From Minisyncoccota bacterium (GTDB lineage Bacteria; Patescibacteriota; Minisyncoccia; UBA6257; GWB1-50-10): a stretch of DNA of 64,000 nt. Positions within the stretch are counted from its first letter, which is position 1, and every line of letters begins with the position of its first letter. Below are positions 29,902 through 39,773 of the stretch, piece after piece. The notes beneath the pieces are model-generated. The model was not told the DNA's origin, made no database searches, and saw only the letters and a program-made list of their open reading frames with translations. The position numbers and the translations under genes are program-made. The stretch is taken from contig JBBDIH010000212.1 of NCBI GenBank assembly GCA_040880505.1, positions 22,751 through 86,750 on the forward strand, given 5' to 3'.

Positions 29902-30015
29902 ATGAAAGTTAGAGCTTCAGTAAAAAAAATTTGCAAAGACTGCAAAATAGTCAGAAGAAAAAGAAGGGTTTATGTTATTTGTAAAAATCCTAAACATAAA
30001 CAAAGACAAGGATAA
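29902..30015 (+). CDS. rpmJ: 50S ribosomal protein L36
   Basis: This 37-aa ORF is absent from the ORF track. It reads [37 protein letters not shown] and sits in the canonical infA-rpmJ-rpsM position. Confidence 0.9.
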   Translation: MKVRASVKKICKDCKIVRRKRRVYVICKNPKHKQRQG

Positions 30016-30029
30016 ATTAATTTAAATCA

Positions 30030-30413
30030 ATGAGAATTGTAGGTGTAAACATACCAGACGATAAAAAAATAAAAATATCTCTATCTTATGTATATGGAGT
30101 GGGGTTTTCTTCTGCGCAAGATATTTTAGAAGAAGCAGGAATTGATCCTGAAAAAAGAACAAAAGATCTTGATTCATCTGAAGTTAATAAAATACAATCT
30201 ATTTTAGATAAAAAATACAAAATAGGTGGTGAATTAAGGCAAGTAATAAAACAAAATATACAAAGATTAAAAGATATCAACAGTTATAAAGGAACTAGAC
30301 ATGCCAAAGGTTTACCTGTTAGAGGTCAAAGAACCAAAACAAACATGAGAACCAGAAAAGGTAATACTAGAAAAACTGCTGGTAGCGGTAAGAGAAAAAT
30401 AGAATTGAAATAA
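30030..30413 (+). CDS. rpsM: 30S ribosomal protein S13
   Basis: It begins MRIVGVNIP...SLSYVYGVG. Confidence 0.9.
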   Translation: MRIVGVNIPDDKKIKISLSYVYGVGFSSAQDILEEAGIDPEKRTKDLDSSEVNKIQSILDKKYKIGGELRQVIKQNIQRLKDINSYKGTRHAKGLPVRGQRTKTNMRTRKGNTRKTAGSGKRKIELK

Positions 30414-30420
30414 TATATAT

Positions 30421-30876
30421 ATGGGCAAAAAACAAATTGTAGAAAAAACTAAAGAAGAAGTAGTAAAAGAAGCAAAAGCTATAGAAGAAAAGAGCGCTAA
30501 ACAAGCCAGCAAGACTGTTAGAAAAGCAAAATCTAAGAAAGGCAGAGTTTATATAAAAGTCTCATATAATAATACTTTTGTTTCGGTAACTGATGAGGAA
30601 GGTAAAATGATAGCCTGGATGACTGCTGGTTCATTAGGTTTTAATGGACCTAAAAAAGCCACTCCCTTTGCTGCTTCAAAGGTTGCAGAAGCTATAGCAG
30701 AAAAATTAAAGAAAACTGGACCTTTTACAGTTGATGTATTTATAAAAGGTATTGGAGGTGGAAGAGATTCTTCTGTAAAAACTTTATCTGCAAAAGGATT
30801 TGATATAACATCAATTACTGACATCACCCCGATTCCTCATAATGGACCTAGAGCAAGAAAACCAAGAAGAGTGTAA
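30421..30876 (+). CDS. rpsK: 30S ribosomal protein S11
   Basis: The S11 core is GRVYIKVSYNNTFVSVTDEEGKMIAW, preceded by a Lys/Glu-rich N-extension. Confidence 0.9.
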   Translation: MGKKQIVEKTKEEVVKEAKAIEEKSAKQASKTVRKAKSKKGRVYIKVSYNNTFVSVTDEEGKMIAWMTAGSLGFNGPKKATPFAASKVAEAIAEKLKKTGPFTVDVFIKGIGGGRDSSVKTLSAKGFDITSITDITPIPHNGPRARKPRRV

Positions 30877-30894
30877 TCAAAATAATTTTTAATT

Positions 30895-31509
30895 ATGTCT
30901 AGAAAAATAAAAGAAAAAAAAGAAAGAGCACTAGGAGAAAAACTTTTCTTAAAACCAGAAAGGTGTAATTCACATAAATGTGTAATGATTAGAAGACCCT
31001 ATGGTCCTGGTCAACACGGACAGAAAAGAAAGAAAAGACCATCAGAATATGGAAGACAACTACAAGAAAAACAAAAGATACAAATTGTTTATGGTTTAAC
31101 TAACAATCAAATGGAAAACATTTTTAGAAAATACTCTGGTCAGCCTGATAAGATAGTTTCTACTTTAGAAAAAAGATTAGATAGAGTTGTTTTTCTTTTA
31201 GGAATAGCAGGAGCACCAAGAGTTTCTAGGCAGTTAGTTTCTCATGGACACATTATGGTAAATGGAAGAAAAATGACAATCCCTTCTTATCAAGTTGAAG
31301 AGGGTGATGTAGTTTCAATTAGACCACAATCTAGAAAAATCCAAATGTTTGAAGATTTAGGTGACACATTAAAGAAACATAAAACACCTGAATGGTTAGA
31401 AATGAATGCAGATGCAGATAAGGAAGAAGGAAAATGTATTGGAGAACCAACAGAGGATGCAATTCATCCTTTTGATATTAATTTGGTCGGTGAATTTTAC
31501 AACCGTTAA
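30895..31509 (+). CDS. rpsD: 30S ribosomal protein S4
   Basis: The S4 N-terminal domain and S4 RNA-binding domain are present (RLDRVVF, HGHIMVNG). Confidence 0.9.
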   Translation: MSRKIKEKKERALGEKLFLKPERCNSHKCVMIRRPYGPGQHGQKRKKRPSEYGRQLQEKQKIQIVYGLTNNQMENIFRKYSGQPDKIVSTLEKRLDRVVFLLGIAGAPRVSRQLVSHGHIMVNGRKMTIPSYQVEEGDVVSIRPQSRKIQMFEDLGDTLKKHKTPEWLEMNADADKEEGKCIGEPTEDAIHPFDINLVGEFYNR

Positions 31510-31530
31510 TAAATCGTTTAAATTACAATA

Positions 31531-32340
31531 ATGAAATATTCATACTTAAGTGATAGTGTAAAGGTAAAAAAAGTTGAAGAAAAAGGAAATAGAGGAGAGT
31601 TTCACATAGAAGGACTTTATACTGGTTATGGAGTTACAATAGCTAATTCCTTACGTAGAGCCTTACTTTCTTCTCTTCCGGGTGCTGCTATTTCACAAAT
31701 AAAAGTAAAAGGCGTAAAACATGAGTTTTCTACAATTCCTGGAGTAGTGGAAGATATGGTTGAATTTATCTTAAATTTGAAAAAAATTAGGTTTGAATTT
31801 AATGCTGATGAACCTCAAGTTTTAAAACTAAAAGTAAAAGATGCTAAAGAGATTAAGGCAGGAGATATTGAGTCAACTACTTTAGTGGAAGTTGTTAATA
31901 AAGATCTAGTAATAGCACATCTTTCTAGCAAAAAAAGTTCTTTAGAAATGGAAGTAACAGTAGAAAAGGGATTAGGTTACGTACCTGCTGAAAATAGAAA
32001 ATCAGAAAGATTGCCAGTAGGAACAATTATGCTAGACTGCATTTTTTCACCTATAGTTAATGTTGAATTTGATGTTGAAAACATGCGTGTTGGTGAAAGA
32101 ACAGACTATAATAAAATCAAAATAATTATAGAAACAGACGGATCTATAACTCCTAGTAGTGCATTACAAAAATCAACAAATATTTTAAGAGATCATTTTC
32201 TAAAGATATTTGAGGGCAGCGGTGGAAAGATTAAAGAATCTAAAGAAAAAGATGAATCTTCATCAGATGAAGATTCAGATGACAAGAAAGAGAAGAAAAC
32301 AAAAACAACAAAGAAAAAGAAAAAGAAACCTAAGAAATAA
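31531..32340 (+). CDS. rpoA: DNA-directed RNA polymerase subunit alpha, N-terminal domain only plus Lys-rich tail (no alpha-CTD)
   Basis: The alpha-NTD dimerisation/assembly domain is conserved. After about residue 225 there is only a SSSDEDSDDKKEKKTKTTKKKKKKPKK tail. Confidence 0.85.
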   Translation: MKYSYLSDSVKVKKVEEKGNRGEFHIEGLYTGYGVTIANSLRRALLSSLPGAAISQIKVKGVKHEFSTIPGVVEDMVEFILNLKKIRFEFNADEPQVLKLKVKDAKEIKAGDIESTTLVEVVNKDLVIAHLSSKKSSLEMEVTVEKGLGYVPAENRKSERLPVGTIMLDCIFSPIVNVEFDVENMRVGERTDYNKIKIIIETDGSITPSSALQKSTNILRDHFLKIFEGSGGKIKESKEKDESSSDEDSDDKKEKKTKTTKKKKKKPKK

Positions 32341-32343
32341 AAC

Positions 32344-32694
32344 ATGAGGCATTTAAAGAAAGGTAGAAAATTTGGAAGAAAAAGAGGTCAAAGGAGGGCC
32401 TTTATGAAAATTTTAGCTAACAATCTTGTTCAGCATGGTTCTATTATGACTACAGAAGCAAGAGCAAAAGAGTTAAGACCATATATAGAAAAACTAGTAA
32501 CAAAAGGGAAAAAACAAGACCTTCAAGGACTAAGATTGCTTTTAAAAGTTTTGCCTAAGGATGCTGCTTATAAATTATTTAATGAAATAGCTCCAAAATA
32601 TCAAGACAGAAATGGAGGTTATACAAGAATAATTAAACAAACAGAAAGAAGAGTACAAGATGGATCTAAAAAAGCTAAAATAGAATTTGTATAA
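32344..32694 (+). CDS. rplQ: 50S ribosomal protein L17
   Basis: It begins MRHLKKGRKFGRKRGQRRA and sits in the rpoA-rplQ order. Confidence 0.9.
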   Translation: MRHLKKGRKFGRKRGQRRAFMKILANNLVQHGSIMTTEARAKELRPYIEKLVTKGKKQDLQGLRLLLKVLPKDAAYKLFNEIAPKYQDRNGGYTRIIKQTERRVQDGSKKAKIEFV

Positions 32695-32698
32695 AATC

Positions 32699-33055
32699 AT
32701 GCAAAAAGAACATATAATAGACGCAAAAAATAAAAAATTAGGTAGAGTAGCATCTGAAATAGCTATTTTACTACAAGGAAAACATGATCCTTCATATGAT
32801 CCTCGTTTAGCAAGTAATAATAAAGTTATTGTTAAAAATATAAAAGATATAAAAGTTTCTGGTAATAAATATGATGAAAAAATTTATTACAGACACAGTA
32901 CTAGGGTTGGTTCTTTGAAGAAGAAGAAATTTTCAAAAATATTTGAAGAAGATCCTTCATGGGTATTGAAACATGCGGTTAGACTAATGTTGCCAAAAAA
33001 TAAATTATCTAAGACCAGATTAAAGAATCTTAAAATAGAAGAATCAGAAAAATAA
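32699..33055 (+). CDS. rplM: 50S ribosomal protein L13
   Basis: It begins MQKEHIIDAKNKKLGRVAS. The start was moved to the ATG at 32699 to avoid overlapping rplQ. Confidence 0.85.
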   Translation: MQKEHIIDAKNKKLGRVASEIAILLQGKHDPSYDPRLASNNKVIVKNIKDIKVSGNKYDEKIYYRHSTRVGSLKKKKFSKIFEEDPSWVLKHAVRLMLPKNKLSKTRLKNLKIEESEK

Positions 33056-33061
33056 ATAATT

Positions 33062-33556
33062 ATGCCAAAAACAAAAGTAACTAAGAAAACAAAAACAAAA
33101 AAATCACCTTCTGCTTCGTCTTCAGCAAAGACCGTGAAAGGACGCAGTAAAACTTCGACAGTCAAGAAAGATAAATATATAGAAAGTATCGGCAGAAGAA
33201 AAACTGCAACCGCTAGAGTTAGAATTTATCCATCAGCTAAAAAGAAGGATTTTGTGGTTAATGAAAAATCTTTAGATGAATATTTTCCATCAAAAAGATT
33301 TATAGACACAGTTAAACAACCCTTTGAAGTTGTTGATAATGAATTTGACGTTACTGTTCAAGTTAAGGGTGGAGGAATAAATGCTCAATCTGAGGCTATT
33401 AGAATGGGGCTTTCACGTGCTTTAGTAGAAAACGATGAGGCATGGAAATCTAAATTAAAGGCTGCAGGTTACTTAACTAGAGATTCCAGAATGGTAGAAA
33501 GAAAGAAACCAGGACTTCGAAAAGCAAGAAGACCACAACAATGGAAAAAAAGATAA
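33062..33556 (+). CDS. rpsI: 30S ribosomal protein S9
   Basis: The C-terminus GYLTRDSRMVERKKPGLRKARRPQQWKKR is S9-like. A Lys-rich N-extension is present. Confidence 0.9.
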   Translation: MPKTKVTKKTKTKKSPSASSSAKTVKGRSKTSTVKKDKYIESIGRRKTATARVRIYPSAKKKDFVVNEKSLDEYFPSKRFIDTVKQPFEVVDNEFDVTVQVKGGGINAQSEAIRMGLSRALVENDEAWKSKLKAAGYLTRDSRMVERKKPGLRKARRPQQWKKR

Positions 33557-33582
33557 ACCCCCCTTGGGGTTTTATCTTTTTT
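33556..33582 (+). terminator. intrinsic terminator CCCC-CCTT-GGGG plus TTTTATCTTTTTT
   Basis: It starts immediately at the rpsI stop. Confidence 0.7.
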
Positions 33583-33671
33583 GGAGTTGTTGTGATGGAG
33601 GGGGTCGGGTTGGAAAAAGTTTCATCTTAATACTTGAATTTAAGGACTTCAAAGATTAAAGTAAATAAGAC

Positions 33672-34679
33672 ATGTTTGTAAGAAAACTAGGCATAGACCT
33701 AGGCACAACTAATACCTTAGTATTTCTTCCTGAAAAAGGAATAGTTATTAACGAACCAACAGCAGTTGCTCTACAAAAACCAGAAGGATCTGTTTTAGCG
33801 GTTGGAGCAGAAGCAAAAGAAATGGTAGGTAGAACACCAGATAATATAGTAACCTATAGACCTTTAAAAGAAGGAGTTATTGCTGATTACTATATAACTC
33901 AAAGAATGCTTAAATATTTTATTAGTAAAAGCTTAGGTTCTTTTAATTTTTTTAAACCAGATGTTGTTATATCTGTTCCTGCAGGAATAACCTCTACAGA
34001 ATACAGAGCTGTGATGAACGCTGCAAAAGAGGGTGGAGCCAGGGAGGTACATCTAGTAAAAGAACCTCTTCTTGCTGCGCTGGGCGCTGGGATTCCTATC
34101 CATTCTTCAGAGGGTAATATGATTGTGAATATTGGAGGAGGAACCACAGAAGTCGCCGTTATATCTTTAGGTGGCATAGTTGAGAGTTCTAGTTTGAGAG
34201 TTGCTGGTAATATATTTGATAAATCAATATCTGATTACATTAAGAAAAAATATAATTTAGCTATAGGAGAGACAACGGCAGAAAACATAAAAATAAATAT
34301 TGGTACTGCCATGTCTAATAAAGAAAAATTAGAAATGAAGATAAGAGGAAGAGATTTGGGTACGGGCTTACCAAAAGATTTAACTGTTAACTCTAATGAG
34401 GTAGCAGAAGCTATAAATTCTTATTTAGTAAAAATAGTAAATGAAGTACAGTCCGTGTTTAATGTAACTCCTCCAGAACTTGCAGCTGATATTATGGAGA
34501 AAGGCATAATTCTTTCAGGTGGCTCTTCACAGTTAAGAAATCTAGATGAGTTTTTCAAAAGAGCTTTAGGTGTACCGGCTTATATAGCTGAAGATCCTTT
34601 TTACTGCGTCTCTAAAGGAACAGCAACAATCCTTAATCATTTAGATGTTTATAAGAGAACACTATTAAATAAAAGATAA
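33672..34679 (+). CDS. mreB: rod shape-determining protein MreB (actin homolog), copy 1
   Basis: It has GIDLGTTNT at the N-terminus and the motifs NIGGGTTEVAVIS and GIILSGGSS. Confidence 0.9.
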   Translation: MFVRKLGIDLGTTNTLVFLPEKGIVINEPTAVALQKPEGSVLAVGAEAKEMVGRTPDNIVTYRPLKEGVIADYYITQRMLKYFISKSLGSFNFFKPDVVISVPAGITSTEYRAVMNAAKEGGAREVHLVKEPLLAALGAGIPIHSSEGNMIVNIGGGTTEVAVISLGGIVESSSLRVAGNIFDKSISDYIKKKYNLAIGETTAENIKINIGTAMSNKEKLEMKIRGRDLGTGLPKDLTVNSNEVAEAINSYLVKIVNEVQSVFNVTPPELAADIMEKGIILSGGSSQLRNLDEFFKRALGVPAYIAEDPFYCVSKGTATILNHLDVYKRTLLNKR

Positions 34680-34682
34680 TTT

Positions 34683-35447
34683 ATGGTATACGGTCATAAA
34701 GACAAGAAGGATTTCTTTATTGATTTGATAGAGCGTGATCAGCTAGGTCATGCTTATATTTTTTATGGAGATCCTGAAATAGGTAAGTTCCTTTTTTCTT
34801 TATGTCTTGCTAATTATGTAGAGGATAATGAATTTAAAAAAACAGAAAAACAATTTATAGATTCTATAATAATAAATCCAGAAGAAGACGAATCTATAGG
34901 AATTGAGGAATTAAGAGAATTTAAAAAAATCCTAAATAAAAAACCTTTAAAATCAAATAAAAGATTTGCTGTAATTAATAATTCTGAAAAAATGACTCCA
35001 CAAGCACAAGGGAGCATGTTAAAAATTGTTGAGGAGTCACCTCATCACACAACTTTTATATTTATTTCTTCTAATCCTAGAACTCTTCTAAAACCCTTGT
35101 ATTCAAGACTTTTTAAGGTCTATTTTGAAAGAATGAAAAAAGAAGAGATAGAGAGTATTCTTGAAAAAGATTTCAGTATAAAAAAAGAAAAAGCTAAAAA
35201 AATATCAAATGAATCTTTCGGCAGAATAGGTAGAGCTATAAATTATTTACAAAAAGAAAATAAAAATAAAAAAGAAGAATCTATAGAAAACTACATAGAG
35301 GATAAGATATTAAATCTTTATTACAAAAATAAAATAAAAAATTCACATAAATTAAAGTTGTTATTAAATAAAGAATCAGAAATTAAAAGGTTTAATTTAA
35401 ACCCAAAACTTCAAGAAAAAGTTATTAGAGAAATTATTAAAAAATAA
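34683..35447 (+). CDS. holB: DNA polymerase III delta-prime subunit-like clamp-loader protein
   Basis: GHAYIFYGDPEIGK matches the delta-prime degenerate P-loop. LKIVEESPHHTTFIFIS...LYSRL matches the sensor region. Confidence 0.7.
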   Translation: MVYGHKDKKDFFIDLIERDQLGHAYIFYGDPEIGKFLFSLCLANYVEDNEFKKTEKQFIDSIIINPEEDESIGIEELREFKKILNKKPLKSNKRFAVINNSEKMTPQAQGSMLKIVEESPHHTTFIFISSNPRTLLKPLYSRLFKVYFERMKKEEIESILEKDFSIKKEKAKKISNESFGRIGRAINYLQKENKNKKEESIENYIEDKILNLYYKNKIKNSHKLKLLLNKESEIKRFNLNPKLQEKVIREIIKK

Positions 35448-36169
35448 TGAATACCTTTTTAAAATTATTAATAACTGCTGGCATAGCTTTTGGTGCTTAC
35501 ACTTTTATTGTAGACGGCAATATTATAGAAATTACTGATAGAATAGGCACAGTACCAGAAGACAAAAGTAACAACACTTTACTAGGATCTAATGATTTTA
35601 TTAATTTGAAAGAAAAGATAAAAGAATCAGATAGCTTCAAAGGAGAAATAACTTACCTAGAAGATCTTCAGGAAGAATTAGATAAGTTATCTGTAAACGA
35701 AATAAAAGATAATTTTGAAGATATAACAATCGATGATATTAAAGAAATAGGATTAAAAGATGTAGTTGATTTTGTAAAACCAGATAAAGATAAAGAAGAT
35801 AGAAACTTACCAGCAGAAAACCTATTTTCAGATAGTTTAAATGACTTACCGGATTTTACTTCAGCATGTTTTTCTACTTTTACTCAAGCATGCATTGCTA
35901 GTGATTGTAGTAATAAAACTCCTAACTCTTCTTTTACTCTTTTAAATAAAACAAATAAAAAAATATTTAAATGTGAGACAGATACTTGTATAGAAATAAA
36001 TGCCGAATATGAGGTGATTAATAATTTTGAAACTTATCAGCCAACACGTCCTGAAGGAATTATCATAAATAAAGAAATATCAAATGAATCAGACCAATCT
36101 TTATTTGTTGAAATTAGAGTCGAAGGAATGAGTACGGAATTAAATTATGGTTACTGCCTAGGACAATGA
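35447..36169 (+). CDS. hypothetical exported protein with Cys-rich C-terminal half
   Basis: An N-terminal signal anchor is present. The C-terminal region has 8 Cys (CFSTFTQACIASDCSN...CETDTC...YCLGQ). Confidence 0.4.
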   Translation: MNTFLKLLITAGIAFGAYTFIVDGNIIEITDRIGTVPEDKSNNTLLGSNDFINLKEKIKESDSFKGEITYLEDLQEELDKLSVNEIKDNFEDITIDDIKEIGLKDVVDFVKPDKDKEDRNLPAENLFSDSLNDLPDFTSACFSTFTQACIASDCSNKTPNSSFTLLNKTNKKIFKCETDTCIEINAEYEVINNFETYQPTRPEGIIINKEISNESDQSLFVEIRVEGMSTELNYGYCLGQ

Positions 36170-36855
36170 TTGATATAGTTTTAAACAATTTTCCAACAGC
36201 TGATTTTGCTTTACTGATTATTTTATTTTTAGGAGCTTGGGAGTTTTGGAATCCTAGAGAAAAAGATAAGAAAAATCATTTAGATAACTATATTTTAACT
36301 AGTCTTTATTTTCTTTTCTTTGCTTTTATTATATTCATAACTTACTACGAAAGATTAACACCTTATTTTCAAGATTTTAGATTTCAACCACTCTTAATAC
36401 TAATTTTATCTTTTGTAGTATTTTTCTTTATTTATAAATTTTTTAAGTTAGTATTTGAAAAACCTAAAGACATAATTAAAAAATATCCAAGCGAATATTT
36501 TTTATACATGGATAATAGATATTTCTTTTCAAAGTCTTCTGATATAGTTTTTCAGCAAGTAGCCATTATCGCTATGGTAGACATGTTTAAAGATGCTGGC
36601 ATGGATTTATTTTTAATGATTATTTCTTTTGCTGTTGTGTTTGGCTTAATTCATATCCCACTAGTTAGAACGAAAGGTAGAGATTTTGGTGCTTACTTTA
36701 TTTTAGCGGCAATAATTTCTGCTATATTCTTTCCATTTTTAATTATTCAGTTTAATTATGGGTTTGTATATAGCTTTATAATTCACTGGCTTTTCTATAT
36801 ATTTTCTGGAATGTTGTTCTGGATTAAATATAATTTTAAATCAAAATCTCAATAA
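36166..36855 (+). CDS. hypothetical polytopic membrane protein
   Basis: There are about 6 TM segments. It overlaps the upstream ORF by 4 nt. A FGLIH (FxxxH) motif is present, but no full CPBP motif set. Confidence 0.4.
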   Translation: MIDIVLNNFPTADFALLIILFLGAWEFWNPREKDKKNHLDNYILTSLYFLFFAFIIFITYYERLTPYFQDFRFQPLLILILSFVVFFFIYKFFKLVFEKPKDIIKKYPSEYFLYMDNRYFFSKSSDIVFQQVAIIAMVDMFKDAGMDLFLMIISFAVVFGLIHIPLVRTKGRDFGAYFILAAIISAIFFPFLIIQFNYGFVYSFIIHWLFYIFSGMLFWIKYNFKSKSQ

Positions 36856-36912
36856 TTGCTTTAAAAACATCTTACATTTATACTGGAATAAAAGTTATGA
36901 ATAAGACATCTG

Positions 36913-37461
36913 ATGGACATAATATCTAATTTTAAAGAAAAGGCTCAAAAAGTAGAGGAAGCCTTAAAAAACGAATTAAAAAAAGTTAGAGCTAATAGAC
37001 CTAACGCTTCTTTAGTAGAAGATCTAATGGTTGATTATTATAATAATAAAACTCCCTTAAAACATTTAAGTTCTATAACTGTACAGCCTCCTAGAGAAAT
37101 ACATATTCAAGTATGGGATAAAGAGGCAATGAAGCCAGTACTTTCTGCTATAGATGGTTCTGATTTAGGTTTTTCCGCAAATACAGAAGGTGATGTTATA
37201 AGAATATTTTTGCCTGAACTTAGCCAAGAAAGAAGAGATGAATTAATTAAGAGCGTAAAGAAATCAATAGAGGAATTTAAGATTCAAGTTAGAAACATAA
37301 GAGACGAAGCAAAAAAAGATATAGACGAAGCATTTGATGATAGTGATATAAGTGAGGATGATAAGTTTAGAATGAGAGAAGAACTGCAAAAAGAAACAGG
37401 CACCATAAATAATAAAATAGATAAACTTTTAGAAGATAAGAAAAAAGAAATAGAACTATGA
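36913..37461 (+). CDS. frr: ribosome recycling factor
   Basis: It shows the RRF pattern ...ANRPNASLVEDLMVDYY...VIRIFLPELSQERRDELIK. Confidence 0.9.
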   Translation: MDIISNFKEKAQKVEEALKNELKKVRANRPNASLVEDLMVDYYNNKTPLKHLSSITVQPPREIHIQVWDKEAMKPVLSAIDGSDLGFSANTEGDVIRIFLPELSQERRDELIKSVKKSIEEFKIQVRNIRDEAKKDIDEAFDDSDISEDDKFRMREELQKETGTINNKIDKLLEDKKKEIEL

Positions 37462-38519
37462 CAATAATTTTAGTAATAATAGCCCTTTCACTTTTAATAC
37501 TCGTTCATGAAGCGGGACATTTTTTTGCTGCAAAAATGTTTGGAATAAAAGTTACAGAGTTTGGCATTGGCTTTCCACCAAAACTTTTTAGTAAAAAAGT
37601 AGGAGAAACAGAGTATAGTATTAATCTTCTACCTTTTGGTGGTTTTGTTAGGATTTTTGGAGAGGACGAGGAATCTATAAAGGAAGTAGATGAAAAAGAG
37701 AAAAAAAGAGCTTTTGTAAATCAAAAGACTTGGAAAAAATCTGTAGTTATATTAGCTGGAGTCATAATGAATATATTTCTTGCTTGGATACTTTTATCTT
37801 CTGTTTTTATGATAGGGGCAGAATCTCATTTAGGTGTTAGTAATGTTTCAGAAAATTCTCCTGCAATGTTAGCCGGCATTGAAGCTGGAGACATGATAAC
37901 GGAAGCTAGGGCAGGTGAAGAAGCATTAACTGATCCAATATCAGTTGAAGAATTTATAAGTTTTGCAGAACAAAATATTACAGAAGAGATTAATTTATCA
38001 ATCTTAAGAGGAGAACAGGCTATCAATGTTTCTTTAATGGGAAGAGAAAACCCTCCAGAAGGAGAGGGTAGTATAGGAATTGCTTTAGTTGATGCGGGTT
38101 TTGAAGAAATGGGATTTTTTAAAGCTATTATTGAAGGATTAAATTATACTTGGCAAAGTTTAGTTTTAATATTTTCAAGTTTTGTTACTTTAATAGTGGG
38201 ATTATTTACTAGTTCTGGAGCAGCAGAAAACCTTACTGGTCCGGTTGGTATATTTGTGATAGCAAAAGATGCTGCTGGATTAGGATTAATTTATTTGTTT
38301 CAATTAACCGCTATTATATCTCTGAATTTAGCGATTTTAAATTTAATACCTTTCCCAGCTTTAGATGGTGGTAGATTTCTGGTTATATTAGCAGAAAAAA
38401 TAAAAGGATCTGCTATTTCAACAAAAGTTCAAGCTGGTATTAATACTTTTGGGTTTATATTACTTCTACTTCTTATGATTTTTGTTACTATAAAAGATAT
38501 AGGCAGGTTTATACTTTAA
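37458..38519 (+). CDS. rseP: RIP metalloprotease RseP-like (M50 with PDZ)
   Basis: It has an HEAGHFF motif, a PDZ segment, and NLIPFPALDGG. Confidence 0.85.
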   Translation: MTIILVIIALSLLILVHEAGHFFAAKMFGIKVTEFGIGFPPKLFSKKVGETEYSINLLPFGGFVRIFGEDEESIKEVDEKEKKRAFVNQKTWKKSVVILAGVIMNIFLAWILLSSVFMIGAESHLGVSNVSENSPAMLAGIEAGDMITEARAGEEALTDPISVEEFISFAEQNITEEINLSILRGEQAINVSLMGRENPPEGEGSIGIALVDAGFEEMGFFKAIIEGLNYTWQSLVLIFSSFVTLIVGLFTSSGAAENLTGPVGIFVIAKDAAGLGLIYLFQLTAIISLNLAILNLIPFPALDGGRFLVILAEKIKGSAISTKVQAGINTFGFILLLLLMIFVTIKDIGRFIL

Positions 38520-38531
38520 ATTTCATTAAAT

Positions 38532-39773
38532 ATGAGACAATCTGATATTTTTCTAAAAACAAAAAAAGAGTTTCCTAAAGATGAGGTTGCTACTAATGCA
38601 AAATTATTAATAAAAGCTAATTACATTGTTAAGTTAATGGCTGGGGTTTACTCTATGCTTCCACTAGGCTTAAGAGTAAAAAGAAAAATAGAAAATATTA
38701 TAAGAGAAGAAATGAATTCTATTGGTAGTAATGAGGTTTTATTACCTGCTCTTCACCCTAAATCAATATGGGAAATTACTGGCCGTTGGGATGAATTGTC
38801 TGATGTCATGTATAAATTTAAAGATAACACGGGAAAAGAATTTGGTTTAGGAGCAACACACGAAGAGATATTAACTGATGCTGTAAAAAATAATGTAAAT
38901 TCTTATACAGATTTACCTTTTTCTCTTTATCAAATTCAAAACAAGTTTAGAAGTGAAGAAAGAGCAAAATCAGGATTACTTAGAGGTAGGGAATTTACCA
39001 TGAAAGATCTTTATAGTTTTCATGAAGATGAAAAATCTTTGTCTGAATTTTATGACAAAGTAAAAGAAACTTACTTAAATATTTTTAAAAAAGTTGGTTT
39101 GGGTGATATAACGTATTTTACTTTTGCTTCTGGAGGTAGCTTTTCTAAGTACTCTCACGAATTTCAGACTTTATCTGAAGTAGGAGAAGATACAATATTT
39201 ATTTGTGATGATTGTAGAATAGCTATAAACAAAGAGATAATAAATGACCAAAATACTTGTCCAGAGTGTAATAATAAAGATTTAAGAGAAGAAGCCTCAA
39301 TAGAGGTCGGTAATATATTTAAACTAGGCACTAGATTCAGCGAAAAGATAGGGTTAAATTATTTAGATAGTGATGGCAAATCAAACCCTGTTGTTATGGG
39401 TTCTTACGGCATAGGAATTGAAAGATTAATGGGTACAGTTGTTGAAACTAGTAATGATGAAAACGGTATAATTTGGCCTGAATCAATCGCTCCATTTAAA
39501 GTACACCTCCTTTTGGTTGGTAATCCGTCAGGTGAATTAAAAGAAAAAACTGATAATATATATAAAAAGTTATTAGATAATAATATAGAAGTTCTTTATG
39601 ATGATAGAGACATACAACCTGGTGAAAAGTTTTATGATTCTGATATTATAGGCATACCTTGGAGATTGGTTGTAAGTAATAAAACTATAGAAAAATCAAA
39701 AATAGAGGTTAAAAAGAGAGCAGAAGATAAAACTTCTTTAATAACAATTGAAGAATTTATAAAAAATATATGA
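38532..39773 (+). CDS. proS: proline--tRNA ligase, short form
   Basis: The class II motifs are present (FRSEERAKSGLLRGREFTMKDLYSF). A zinc motif CPECNNKD and a C-terminal anticodon-binding domain are present. Confidence 0.85.
   Translation: MRQSDIFLKTKKEFPKDEVATNAKLLIKANYIVKLMAGVYSMLPLGLRVKRKIENIIREEMNSIGSNEVLLPALHPKSIWEITGRWDELSDVMYKFKDNTGKEFGLGATHEEILTDAVKNNVNSYTDLPFSLYQIQNKFRSEERAKSGLLRGREFTMKDLYSFHEDEKSLSEFYDKVKETYLNIFKKVGLGDITYFTFASGGSFSKYSHEFQTLSEVGEDTIFICDDCRIAINKEIINDQNTCPECNNKDLREEASIEVGNIFKLGTRFSEKIGLNYLDSDGKSNPVVMGSYGIGIERLMGTVVETSNDENGIIWPESIAPFKVHLLLVGNPSGELKEKTDNIYKKLLDNNIEVLYDDRDIQPGEKFYDSDIIGIPWRLVVSNKTIEKSKIEVKKRAEDKTSLITIEEFIKNI

Noticed and set aside
33583-33615. GC-rich patch GGAGTTGTTGTGATGGAGGGGGTCGGGTTGG just after the rpsI terminator
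   Set aside because: It could pair with the terminator C-run as an alternative structure, but it is short, has no ORF or recognisable motif, and is weakly supported.
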